Assembly: GCA_046331405.1 (NCBI GenBank)
Contig: JAXLQX010000010.1
Location: 50,551 to 114,550, forward strand
DNA: 64,000 nucleotides
From: Thermoanaerobaculia bacterium
Lineage (GTDB): Bacteria > Acidobacteriota > Thermoanaerobaculia > Multivoradales > SZUA-115
Reading direction: 5' to 3'
Shown: positions 43,974 to 64,000 of the stretch, piece by piece
Layout: the number at the start of each line of letters is the position of its first letter
How positions within the stretch are numbered: the stretch's first letter is position 1
Program-made: the position numbers and the translations under genes
Notes under the pieces: generated by a model
The model's database searches: none
Told to the model about the DNA's origin: nothing
Seen by the model: only the letters and a program-made list of their open reading frames with translations

Positions 43974-45161
43974 ATGCGTGGCCCGGAGAGCACCTATCGC
44001 GAAGCTTTCGAGAAAGCTCTTGCGAGTGCGTTGGCCCAACGGCCGACGCGGCTCGATGCCACGAGGGTGGAGAGGCTCTGCACCAGTCTGACGCAACGAG
44101 ATCCGGCCTCCCAGGATCTGATGCTGCGCAACAGTCCCCAGTACGGCCATGTCGACGTCTGTCGAGGCCTGATCGACCGTAGCTACGCCCTACGCCACGA
44201 CGACCCTGCCAGGATGCTGGATCTCGCCCTGCTCGCGGTCCGTTCGGCCGGCAAGCTGCAGACGGGCTCCACGCTCCCGGGTTTCCTTGCGGCCGACCTC
44301 CGAGCCTCGGCCTGGCTCGCTGCCGCCAACGCCCTCCGCGTCAACTTCCGCTGGCAGCCGGCCACCGAAGCCTTGGCTCATGCGGACAAGCAGCAGCGGC
44401 TGGGGTCGAGCGATCCCATGCTCGCGGCCCGGGCAGCCGCCTATCGCGGCGCCTTGCTCGCAGACCAGAGCCACTTCGAAGAAGCCATCCAGGAGCTGCG
44501 GCGGGCCCATCACCTGGCGGCCTCCGTCGGGGATGGGCAGCTAGCCAGCGAGACGATGGTGGCTCTGGGCCGTATCGAAGTGCTCTCGGGCCAGACCGAA
44601 ACCGGCATCCGCACCCTGAAGAAGGTACTCCTGAGCCTCGAGCCCGGTCTCGACAGTCGCCTCCTGGTCGCCACGATCCAGGCCCTGGCTCGAGCGCTCG
44701 AGATCAAGGGCCTCGTCCGCGAGGCCGTCGCGGTACTGCGCGAAGCGATGCCGCTTCTGGATCGCATCACGGACCACGGCATCGTCTGGCGCGTCCGGTG
44801 GTTCGAGGGCTATCTGCTGGCGAAGCTGGGACACTACGCTGCCGCCCAGCCGATCTTCGAATTGGTTCGCCAAGCCGCCCTCGCCAAGGGACAGCTCTAC
44901 GACGCTGTCTCGGTAGCTCTCGACCTGGCGGCCCTTTGTCTTCGAAGCGGTCGGCTGGATCGCCTCGAAGAGCTCTTCGAGCAGATGGCTGCGACCTTCA
45001 CCTCCGAGCGGATCCACCCCGAGGCCCGGCGCGCCCTGTCCCGGCTGACCTCCTCCGCCGGCGTCCGTGGGCTCGACCTCGAGACCCTCGAGAAGGTGCG
45101 CGGGAAGGTCGAGCAGGCGCGGCGTTACCGGCGCCAGCCCGCCGGCGCGGCTCGCTCCTAG
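43974..45161 (+). CDS. hypothetical protein with TPR-like helical repeats
   Basis: This is a 395-aa ORF with an ATG start and balanced composition. Repeated Ala/Leu helices occur throughout, for example AAYRGALLADQSHFEEAIQELRRAHHLA. Confidence 0.55.
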   Translation: MRGPESTYREAFEKALASALAQRPTRLDATRVERLCTSLTQRDPASQDLMLRNSPQYGHVDVCRGLIDRSYALRHDDPARMLDLALLAVRSAGKLQTGSTLPGFLAADLRASAWLAAANALRVNFRWQPATEALAHADKQQRLGSSDPMLAARAAAYRGALLADQSHFEEAIQELRRAHHLAASVGDGQLASETMVALGRIEVLSGQTETGIRTLKKVLLSLEPGLDSRLLVATIQALARALEIKGLVREAVAVLREAMPLLDRITDHGIVWRVRWFEGYLLAKLGHYAAAQPIFELVRQAALAKGQLYDAVSVALDLAALCLRSGRLDRLEELFEQMAATFTSERIHPEARRALSRLTSSAGVRGLDLETLEKVRGKVEQARRYRRQPAGAARS

Positions 45162-45167
45162 CCGGCT

Positions 45168-45563
45168 CTACTCCACCTCAGGCTCGGTCCCAGGCCCTCC
45201 CGAGGGCGCGGCGAGTTCGTCGCGCACGGCGCGGCGCACTTCTTCCATCAGGCTGCCGAAGCTCAGCCCTTCGGCTACCGGTGTGTCCGGGTCGAGGTGG
45301 GCGATCTCGATTCCCTCGAGCAGGGAGGCCGTCCGTTCCGGCCGGCTGATCTGGGAGAAGAAGCGGGTGGGAGGGATCTCGAGGACGGCCAGGAGGTCGT
45401 AGAGATCCTCGAGTTCGAGAGGCATCTCGCCGGCCAGGAGGCGCTCCAGCCGGGCCGGCTCCCAGCCGAGGTCGCGGCAGAGCTCGGCGCTGGTGCGCCG
45501 CGCCTCGAGCAGACGCACCCGCAGCAGCTTGCCGATCTGCATCGCCCGGTTCTGGCTCACCAT
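45168..45563 (-). CDS. XRE-family helix-turn-helix transcriptional regulator
   Basis: IGKLLRVRLLEARRTSAELCRDLGWEPARLERLLAGE is an HTH_XRE-like segment. Confidence 0.7.
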   Translation of the reverse strand: MVSQNRAMQIGKLLRVRLLEARRTSAELCRDLGWEPARLERLLAGEMPLELEDLYDLLAVLEIPPTRFFSQISRPERTASLLEGIEIAHLDPDTPVAEGLSFGSLMEEVRRAVRDELAAPSGGPGTEPEVE

Positions 45564-45584
45564 GGCGGCAGCATAGCGCGAGGC

Positions 45585-46706
45585 TCAGGGCGCCGCGAAT
45601 TCCGGCTGCCGCTCGCGGCGAGGCCTCTGGGCCTCGAGGTAGCCGAGGCGCCAGAGCAGCTCGGCGTTGAGTAGGGCGCCGCCCACGGCACCACGTACCG
45701 TGTTGTGCACCAGGGCAACGAAGCGGATATCCGCCACCGGGCAGCGGCGCAGCCGGCCGATCGACACCGTCATGCCGGCGCCCAGGCCGGCATGGAGTCG
45801 CGGCTGCGGAAACTCTTCCTGGTCGAAGAAGTGCAGCGCCCGAGCCGGCGCCGAGGGCAGATTCCAGGCGGCGAGTGGTTGGCCGAACTCCTCGAAGGCG
45901 CGGCGCACCTCGCCGATCTCGGCCCGCCTCCCCAGGCGAGCCGAGATCGACAGCAGATGCCCATCCAGCACGGCCACGCGATTGGTCTGAGCCGAGATCC
46001 CGAAGCTCGCCGGCACCACCCGCTCGCCGCTCAGCCGCCCGAGGATCTTGAGCGGCTCGCTTTCGAGCTTCTCTTCCTCGTTGCGGATCCAGGGGATCAC
46101 GTTGCCCAGGATGTCGAAGGAGGCCACACCCGGGTAGCCCGCCCCGGAGACCGCCTGCAGGGTGGTGACCTGCAGGCTCTCGAGGCCGAAGCGATCGGCG
46201 AGCGGCTTGGCAGCCATCACCAGGCCCACGGTGGAGCAGTTGGGGTTGGTGGCGATGAAGCCGGGGAAGCTCTGGGTGGCCACCAGCGCCGCGTGGTCGG
46301 CATTCACCTCCGGCACCAGGAGAGGCACGCTCGGCTCCATGCGGAAGGCCCCGGCGTTCGAGATCACCGGGATGCCGGCCTGGGCCAGGCGGGGTTCGAT
46401 CTCGCCCGCGGCGGCGCTGTCCAGGCCCGAGAAGGCGAAGTCGCAGTCCGGCACGGCGTCGGGCGGGAGCACCGTCATCGGCGCCACGGCCGGAGGCACC
46501 AGGCTCGGCTCGAGCCAGTGCACCACCTCGCCGTAGCGCCGACCGGCCGAACGGTCCGAAGCGAGCAGGGCGGAGATCTCGAACCACGGATGGTTCGCCA
46601 GCAGCTGGACGAACTTCTGTCCCACGGTGCCGGTGGCCCCCAGGATGGCAGCCCGCAACCGCGGCGCGGGGGCGTCGGGTCTACGGATGGCTTCAGGCGA
46701 GCGCAT
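45585..46706 (-). CDS. asd: aspartate-semialdehyde dehydrogenase
   Basis: It has AILGATGTVGQKF (NAD(P)-binding), a catalytic-Cys region (ATNPNCSTVG) and C-terminal HNTVRGA. It overlaps the thrA 3' end by 14 nt. Confidence 0.9.
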   Translation of the reverse strand: MRSPEAIRRPDAPAPRLRAAILGATGTVGQKFVQLLANHPWFEISALLASDRSAGRRYGEVVHWLEPSLVPPAVAPMTVLPPDAVPDCDFAFSGLDSAAAGEIEPRLAQAGIPVISNAGAFRMEPSVPLLVPEVNADHAALVATQSFPGFIATNPNCSTVGLVMAAKPLADRFGLESLQVTTLQAVSGAGYPGVASFDILGNVIPWIRNEEEKLESEPLKILGRLSGERVVPASFGISAQTNRVAVLDGHLLSISARLGRRAEIGEVRRAFEEFGQPLAAWNLPSAPARALHFFDQEEFPQPRLHAGLGAGMTVSIGRLRRCPVADIRFVALVHNTVRGAVGGALLNAELLWRLGYLEAQRPRRERQPEFAAP

Positions 46707-49160
46707 CGGCGGCCTCCAGCACGTCGGAAAGCACCCCGGCCGCCGTGATCTCCGGCCCGGCTCCCGGCCCGGAGATGGTCAACGGCACGCGATGGTAGTG
46801 GTCGGTCCAGAGCATCACCACGTTCTCTCCCGGCTGGACCCGGGCAAGGGGCGACTCGAGCGGCTCGGAGCGCACCTCCACCCAGGCTCCGGCCGAGTCG
46901 TAGCCGGCCAGATACACCAGCCGCTCACCGCCGCGGCGCGCTCGCTCGGCGCGCTCCGCCCAGAGGCCGTCGGCGGCTGCCAGGAGTTGGCAGAAGCGGC
47001 TCGGGTCGCGCTCTCCTGCCAGCTCGATGGGAACCAGGCTCTCCACCCGGAGCTCCTCGCGCTCCACCACCAGGCCGGCTTCTCGCAGCAGAATCACCAG
47101 CTTGCGTGCGACGTCCTCGCCGGCGAGGTCGTCCGCCGGATGCGGCTCGGTGTAGCCCAGCCGCCGCGCCTCGGCCACCGCGGCGGAGAAGGCCACTCCT
47201 TGGTTGAGCTGCGAGAGGACGTAGGGGATCGAGCCGGAGAGAATGCCCGCGCAGGAGCGCAGTCGATCGCCCCGGCGGACGATCTCCCGCAGGCTCTTGA
47301 GCACCGGCAGGGCCGCGCCGACGGTGGTTTCGTAGCGGAACGGCAGGCCCCGCTCGCGGGCGAGCTTCTGCAGCTGGTCGTAGCGGGCGTAGCCCTGGCT
47401 GCCGGCGAGCTTGTTGGGGGTCACCACCGAAACGCCGTGCTCGAGCAGAGCGGCGTAGTCCGCGGCGAGTTCGGGGCTCGCGGTGCAGTCCACGAAGATG
47501 GTTGGCGCCGGTCGGCGCTCGGTGAGTCGAGCCTTGACCTCCCGCCAACCCACCGGGCCGGCCTCGAAGAGCAGCCGGGCGAGCTGATCGAGTGGCAGGC
47601 CGGACGGATCCCAGGCCAGAGCCTTGCGGTTGAAGGCTCCCACCACCTGGAGGTCGATCCCTTCCTCCTCGAGCAGGCTCGGTCGCCGGGTCTCGAGTTG
47701 TTGCACCAGGGCCTTGCCGATCTGGCCGGTGGCGCCGGCCACCACCACGCTGACCGTGCGGCGGCCGAGAACCAGCTGGTCGTGCACGGTCTGGGCGGCG
47801 CGAGGCAGGTCCCTCGCCTCCACCAGAACCACAGCCGAGCCAGGGGAAAAGCCCTGCGCCACGGCGAGAGCACCGAGGCCCGAGCTCTCGAGGGCCGCGA
47901 GCAGGGCCCGAGTGGGCGAATGGGCCTCGTTGCCCGCTCCTACCACGGCCAAGGTGGCGAGGCCGTCCTGGCGACGGGGCCTCTCCACCAGCCCCACGGC
48001 AATCTCTTCGGCGAGCTCCCAGCTGATCGCCTGATGAATCGCGCTCGCCGCCTCGCTCGCCAGAGTGAGCGAGAAAGTGGGCCGGCTCGAGGTCTGGGTG
48101 ATCAACAGCGGCGTGGTGTGGAAGCGCTTGAGCAGGGCGAGCACCCGGGCGGAGGCTTCGGCGAGCTCGATCTCCCGGCTGGCTTCCAGCTGCAGCGTGG
48201 AGACCGCGGCGACCGCCGCGAAGGCTCGCACCCGATGGCTGCCACGCCGTGAAGGGTTCGCCGGCGGCGCCTCGGCCTGGATCCAGGTGCCGGGCGCGTC
48301 GGGGTGGAAGGTGTTGCCCACCCAGATCGGAATGGCCTGGTTGCGCGCCGGGGCGATCGAGCGCTTGTGCAGCACCTTGGCGCCGTAGAAAGCGAGCTCG
48401 GCCGCCTCGTCGTAGCTCAGGCGGGGCAGGGGGAAGGCATTCCCCACCAGCCGGGGATCTCCGGAGAGGACTCCGTCGACATCGCTCCACAGCTCCACCC
48501 TCTCGGCGTCCAGGCAGGCCGCGAGCAGGGTGGCGGAGGTGTCCGAGGCGCCGCGGCCGAGCAAGGCGGTGCGCCCGGCGGCGTCGGCACCGAAGAAGCC
48601 GGTGACCACCTTCACCGTGTGGCGATCCCCGAGCCGCTGGCGAACCTGGGTGCGGGTGACCGCCAGGTCCACCTCGGCTTCGCCGAAGCGGGAGTCGGTG
48701 CGGATCAAGGCGCTGGCATCCTCACCCTCGGCGGGAATGCCAGCGCTCTCGAGAGCGGCCACCAGCACGGGCACGCTCAGCCGCTCGCCGGTGGCGAGCA
48801 CTTGATCGTGGCGCGCGGCGTCGATCTCGCGCTCGCCGGCGGCCCGGCCGAGCTCGGCCTCGAGCACCGCGAGCTCGGCGGCCAGGGCGCGCTCGCCCCG
48901 CTCGGCCGGCTGACCGCTCGCCAGGGTGGCGAGCTGCGCCAGATGCCGGCTCCCCAGGCTGTTGACGAAGCGGGAGACATCGAGCCGGCCGGCTCGAGCT
49001 TCGAACAGGGCGGCCTTCAACTCGTCGGTGACCCGAGAGAGGGCCGAGGCCACCACCACCGGTGGGCCCTGGGCCGAGGCCCGGGCGATGATGCTCACCA
49101 CCCGGGCCATCGCTTCGGCCGAGCCGACGGAAGTGCCTCCGAACTTCAGGACGCGAGGTT

Positions 49161-49164
<4 letters not shown>
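46693..49164 (-). CDS. thrA: bifunctional aspartokinase / homoserine dehydrogenase
   Basis: The TTG start (TTGA overlap with the metX stop, GGAG 9 nt upstream) gives MKPRVLKFGGTSVGSAEAM..., as in ThrA. The length of 823 aa fits. The homoserine dehydrogenase part begins VVVAGATGQIGKAL. Confidence 0.9.
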
Positions 49165-51595
<2,431 letters not shown>

Positions 51596-51629
51596 TCATT
51601 CCGCCGCGAGGGCCCGTCCACCGCACCGG

Positions 51630-51671
51630 CCGAAAACGAAAAGACCCGCTTCGGCGGCGCCGTTGCGGGTC
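51630..51671 (-). terminator. intrinsic terminator inside the metY 5' leader (attenuator or riboswitch expression platform)
   Basis: The minus strand reads GACCCGC-AA-CGGCG-C-CGCCG-AA-GCGGGUC followed by UUUUCGUUUUCGG. It lies about 60 nt upstream of the metY ATG. Confidence 0.6.
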
Positions 51672-51812
51672 TCGGGTCAGTTGAACCTGGTTATCGATGC
51701 GTCAGGTTCGCGACGCTCCCATCCCGCTGGCAGGGCCAGTACACATGCACAGGGACATCCCGCGCACGGTAGTTCGAGAATGAAGCGCCATACCGTAGTT
51801 CATCGCTCTGGT

Positions 51813-51841
51813 TTTGTAGCTGAAACGGCGCCGCATGTCAA
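51813..51841 (-). promoter_or_regulatory. sigma70-like promoter candidate for the metY operon
   Basis: The minus strand has TTGACA, a 17-nt spacer and TACAAA, about 245 nt upstream of the metY ATG. Confidence 0.4.
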
Positions 51842-51944
51842 TGCATGAGTGCGCGGCTATCGACGAGGTGGGACACCTTTCTCGCCGCGGAGGGAGGGCG
51901 GCCGTCGCCTCCCGGCCAGCTCGACGGGCCTGCTTCGCCGCGGC

Positions 51945-52316
51945 TCAGGCCGCGCAGAGCCGGCAGACGCCGTAGAGGATGATCTCGTGGCCCTCCGAGC
52001 GGAAGCCGGGTGGGGCGAGTTCCTTGATCGATCCCGGGCAGGCTTCGATCTCGAAGACCCGATCGCAGAGGCGGCAGTGGAAGTGGTGGTGATGGTCCTT
52101 GCCGGCCACTTCGTAGCGGCTGGACTGGCCGGGCAGGGCCACTTCCTGCAGCCAGCCCTCCTCGAGCAGGCTGCGCAGATTGCGGTAGACCGTGGCGATG
52201 CCCAGGCTGGGAACTTCGCTCTGGGCGGACTCGAGGATCTCGATCGGGCTCAAGGGGCGGCCCGAGACAGTGATGGCTTGCCGAATCGCGGTACGTTGCA
52301 GAGTCTTGCGTTGCAC
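51945..52316 (-). CDS. Fur-family metalloregulator
   Basis: The GTG start has GGAGGGG 5 nt upstream. A winged-helix segment (IATVYRNLRSLLEEGWL) is followed by HHHHFHCRLC...CRLC metal sites. Confidence 0.85.
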   Translation of the reverse strand: MQRKTLQRTAIRQAITVSGRPLSPIEILESAQSEVPSLGIATVYRNLRSLLEEGWLQEVALPGQSSRYEVAGKDHHHHFHCRLCDRVFEIEACPGSIKELAPPGFRSEGHEIILYGVCRLCAA

Positions 52317-52603
52317 AGGATCCCCTCCGGACTCGTGAGATAAGGATACCGCAGTCGCAGTTTCCGGCCTCCAGAAGATGCAGGCCGTATGCCCACTCGT
52401 CCCCGTTCCTCGACTAGAAGGCTGTGGGGGCGCAGCACGCTGCGCCCGGTATGCCGAGGCCACCGGACCCTGGGCCCAGCAAGCTGCGCCCCTACAGCCC
52501 GGGCCGGGTTTTCTGGCGGCACCGCCTTCGAGCCCCTGCGATAAGCTGCGATGGCCTGGAAGGTGTCCAGGCCTCTCATGCTCGACGTGGAGGTGATCCA
52601 GCG

Positions 52604-53119
52604 ATGCATTCCCCGCTTCTGAGGCGCGCCCGAATCAGCCTCGCCGGCTGCCTGCTGGCAGCCCTCGCCATTCCCGGCTTCGCTGCCCAGGCTCCGGCTG
52701 CCGGCGGCAAGAAGGAAGCCAAGCCCAGCCTGCTGCCGGATACCCTCGCCGCCAAGGCTTTGACGGACTGGCTGGTGATCGTCAACGGCGGCGACGAGAA
52801 CAAGATCGTCCAGTTCCTGGGCAGCCGCTTGAGCCAGGAGTTCCTGAGCCGCTTCCCGATGGACGCCCTCAAGTCTTTCCACCTCAACATCCTGGGCGAA
52901 TACGGCAAGCTCCAGCCGGAGTCGGTGAAGGCCTCGCGCCCGGAGAAGATCCTGGTGGTGGCGAGCGGCGCCAAGGGCAAGAAGGCGGAAGTCACCATCG
53001 GCGTCGACGAGGCCGAGCCCCACAAGATCAACGTGTTGCGGGTGGTGGAGGCTCAGCCCGAGCCACCGCCTCAGCCAGCCACCGCCACCCCCGCCAAGCC
53101 CCCCGGTGGCGGGCGATGA
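52604..53119 (+). CDS. secreted hypothetical protein
   Basis: It starts at an internal ATG with a signal peptide (MHSPLLRRARISLAGCLLAALAIPGFAAQA) and has a Pro-rich tail. Confidence 0.55.
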   Translation: MHSPLLRRARISLAGCLLAALAIPGFAAQAPAAGGKKEAKPSLLPDTLAAKALTDWLVIVNGGDENKIVQFLGSRLSQEFLSRFPMDALKSFHLNILGEYGKLQPESVKASRPEKILVVASGAKGKKAEVTIGVDEAEPHKINVLRVVEAQPEPPPQPATATPAKPPGGGR

Positions 53120-54000
53120 AGGCCCCGGCGATGCGCGGCGCGGCGGTCGCCTGGGTGATGGCCGCCGGCCTCTTCGGTGTCGCCCGGCCGGCCGCGGCCG
53201 ATCTCGAGGACGCGCTCGCCGAGCGCTGGCGGGACCGCTTCGTGGTGGTCTCCACCGAGGTGGTCTCCGGCTGCGACGGCGGCTACACCAACAACGAGCT
53301 CGCCGGCCGGCGCGTGGTCTCCCGCGCCGCCGAGCACTTCGCCCCCGGTGAGCTCGGCCGGGTGCACAAGGTAGAGGTGAAGCGCAATCGCCTCGAAGTC
53401 CTGGTGGACCTGGTGGAGGGGCTGCTCGAGCCCTTCGACGATGGCCCGTTCCACCTCTTCGAGCAGAAGAGCTGCAAGGTGGAGCTGCTGATCGAAGTAC
53501 CGCGGGAGGCGATCAAGGGGCGGGACGTCGAAGCCCTCGACCGCCTGCTCGTCGGCTACCTCGAGCGCTATCCGAGCGAGCAGGACGCCCGTGGCGCCAA
53601 GAGCTGGAACCGTCGCCGCCAGCCGCCCCTGCCGCGGGACTACGAGCGCACCCGTGCCGAGTACGAAGAGTGGAAGCGCCGCCAGCTCGCCGCCCGGGTG
53701 GGCTCGGCCCTGGACCGCGCCCTCGGCGAGCTCGCCGAAGTGCGGGAGCGCATGCGCATCGACGACGAGTACCTGGAAGGCTTCGCGGCCGGCCTGATCG
53801 AGCAGCGCCACCTGACCTTCTACGACTGCGACGATGCCCTGAGGGCGAACTTCTACGGCTGCAAGCGCTCGCCACCGAGCCTCCACGACCGCGATCGGGA
53901 CTGGGTCAAGGGTTTCGACGACGGCCAGCTCACGGCCTTTGATCTCGAGATCGTAAGGCGGCTGAGAAGCTGCCTACCGCCCCCTCCCGAATCCCGCTAG
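53116..54000 (+). CDS. secreted hypothetical protein
   Basis: Its start overlaps the previous stop (ATGA). The signal peptide is AVAWVMAAGLFGVARPAAAD. The composition is balanced and no family is recognised. Confidence 0.55.
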   Translation: MKAPAMRGAAVAWVMAAGLFGVARPAAADLEDALAERWRDRFVVVSTEVVSGCDGGYTNNELAGRRVVSRAAEHFAPGELGRVHKVEVKRNRLEVLVDLVEGLLEPFDDGPFHLFEQKSCKVELLIEVPREAIKGRDVEALDRLLVGYLERYPSEQDARGAKSWNRRRQPPLPRDYERTRAEYEEWKRRQLAARVGSALDRALGELAEVRERMRIDDEYLEGFAAGLIEQRHLTFYDCDDALRANFYGCKRSPPSLHDRDRDWVKGFDDGQLTAFDLEIVRRLRSCLPPPPESR

Positions 54001-54002
54001 AT

Positions 54003-62957
<8,955 letters not shown>

Positions 62958-62988
62958 GGCGGGCTCCTGGCAGGCAGAGAGGTTTCGC

Positions 62989-64000
62989 TCAGGCTTCCTC
63001 GGCGGCGAGCAGCTCGGCGAGCAGGGCTTCGACCGCGCCATCGGAGAGCCCGTCGAGGTCGGGGCGGAGATCCGCGGCAGCGACGGCGGGGCTCGGCGTC
63101 GCCTCGGGCGCGGCCGTTCCCGCGCCCCGGACAGCGAGTTCGGCCGCCAGCTCGGCCAGCACGGAACGCTCGAAGACCGCGGCGAGCGGCAGCTCCACCC
63201 CGAAGCCGAGGCGCAGGCGGGACACCAGCTGGGTGGCGAGCAGCGAGTGGCCGCCGAGGGCGAAGAAGTCGTCCTGCCGGCCGACGTCGCGCACTCCCAG
63301 AAGCTCGCTCCAGAGGCCGGCCAGGGCCTCTTCGAGCGGGCCCCGGGGCGGCTCGAGCTGCTCGCCCGGCCCGGTTGTGGGCTCTGGATGGGGCAGCGCT
63401 GTGAGGTCCACCTTGCCGGTCGCCCCGAGCGGCAGCCTCTCGAGCACCACCACGAAGCTCGGCACCAGGTGCTGGGGCAGCCGCGCCCCGAGTTCGGCCT
63501 TGAGGCCCTCGGAGGACAGCCCCTCCTGGCCACAGACGTAGGCGGCCAGGCGCTTGCCGGCGAGCGGATCGTCGAGCATCTTGACCGCCGCGGCGCTCAC
63601 TCCGGGCAGGCTTTGGAGCTGGCTTTCGATCTCGCCGGGCTCGATCCTGAAGCCGCGGATCTTCACCTGGCGGTCCAGCCGGCCGAGGTACTCCACCACC
63701 CCGTCCGGGCGCCAGCGCACGCGGTCCCCGGTCGCGTAGAGCCGCTCGCCGGGAGTGGCGGCATGGGGGTCCGGCCGGAACTTCTCGGCGGTGGCCGCGG
63801 GGCGGCCCAGGTAGCCCCGGGCGAGGCCGGCACCGCCCAGGAAGAGCTCACCGGGCACGCCGATCGGCTGCAGGGCGAACCGGGAGCCGAGCACCAGGCC
63901 CCGAGTGGCCCCGATCGGCCGCCCGATCGGCAGCGGGTCTCGCACCTCGGCCGGGGAGTCCATGGCGAACGTATGCGAGAAGGTGGTGCTCTCGGTGGGG
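62989..64000 (-). CDS. non-ribosomal peptide synthetase, 3' part (A-T plus docking-like tail; continues beyond the window)
   Basis: The frame is open to the window edge (…PTESTTFSHTFAMDSP). Motifs present are GELFLGGAGLARGYLG, QVKIRGFRIEPGEIE, LPLGATGKVD and FFALGGHSLLATQL. The acidic C-terminal tail is DGAVEALLAELLAAEEA. Confidence 0.9.
   Translation of the reverse strand, partial: PTESTTFSHTFAMDSPAEVRDPLPIGRPIGATRGLVLGSRFALQPIGVPGELFLGGAGLARGYLGRPAATAEKFRPDPHAATPGERLYATGDRVRWRPDGVVEYLGRLDRQVKIRGFRIEPGEIESQLQSLPGVSAAAVKMLDDPLAGKRLAAYVCGQEGLSSEGLKAELGARLPQHLVPSFVVVLERLPLGATGKVDLTALPHPEPTTGPGEQLEPPRGPLEEALAGLWSELLGVRDVGRQDDFFALGGHSLLATQLVSRLRLGFGVELPLAAVFERSVLAELAAELAVRGAGTAAPEATPSPAVAAADLRPDLDGLSDGAVEALLAELLAAEEA

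Noticed and set aside
43436-43993. A 185-aa minus-strand ORF.
   Set aside because: It overlaps the RBS-preceded secreted-protein gene on the plus strand and has no motifs and an odd composition.
51672-51812. Classification of the metY leader as a SAM-I (S-box) or T-box element.
   Set aside because: I could not find the conserved SAM-I elements (AUCAAGAG, GAGGGA...GGCCC in context, GGUGC) or the T-box sequence. Only a generic leader-with-terminator call is justified.
62958-63533. A 192-codon N-terminal extension of the 3176-aa track ORF.
   Set aside because: It overlaps the 3' end of the upstream NRPS gene in another frame and is junk-like. The sensible sequence starts at ATG 62957, behind an AGGAG RBS.

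Overview
The window is a 64-kb, high-GC bacterial chromosome segment. Hand-counted 100-nt samples give about 70% GC in most genes. Gene content suggests an Acidobacteriota-like source (inference only): an ADOP-type duplicated FtsX/MacB permease, an IPTL-CTERM/DUF11 surface protein, a CRTAC1/FG-GAP protein and a TPR-tailed Ser/Thr kinase. I can support about 50 protein genes. I saw no rRNA, tRNA, CRISPR array, integrase or transposase. Core functions include a tightly coupled metY-metX-thrA-asd operon with a terminator-containing leader, a Fur-family regulator, Hsp20, RodZ, a J-domain protein, a PP2C phosphatase, a futalosine-pathway radical SAM enzyme, a TonB-dependent receptor and APC and OPT transporters. 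Several accessory regions deserve a closer look. (1) At 4.5-7.8 kb, a low-GC (about 57%) minus-strand operon encodes a thiol-dioxygenase-like cupin, a radical SAM/SPASM maturase and a 53-aa double-glycine-leader, CxCxCxC-core peptide. That peptide is missing from the supplied ORF track. (2) At 8.1-9.5 kb, a Nif11-type leader peptide carries a 14-aa W/Pro4/Gly4 core. It overlaps an uncharacterised roughly 355-aa protein whose sequence periodicity suggests a five-repeat barrel. (3) At 33.9-35.7 kb, an ABC-type ATPase overlaps a DUF4276-like (Toprim-like) gene, an OLD/PARIS/AbiL-style defence candidate. (4) At 15.9-17.0 kb, a protein combines N-terminal HVAxAxQ repeats with a low-GC C-terminal domain. 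(5) At 54-64 kb, an NRPS has an N-methyltransferase-interrupted A domain and a GxCxG (Cys) thioesterase. All family calls come from motif recognition by eye. No searches were run. Start codons and short-motif coordinates were worked out by hand and cross-checked against the ORF track frames.
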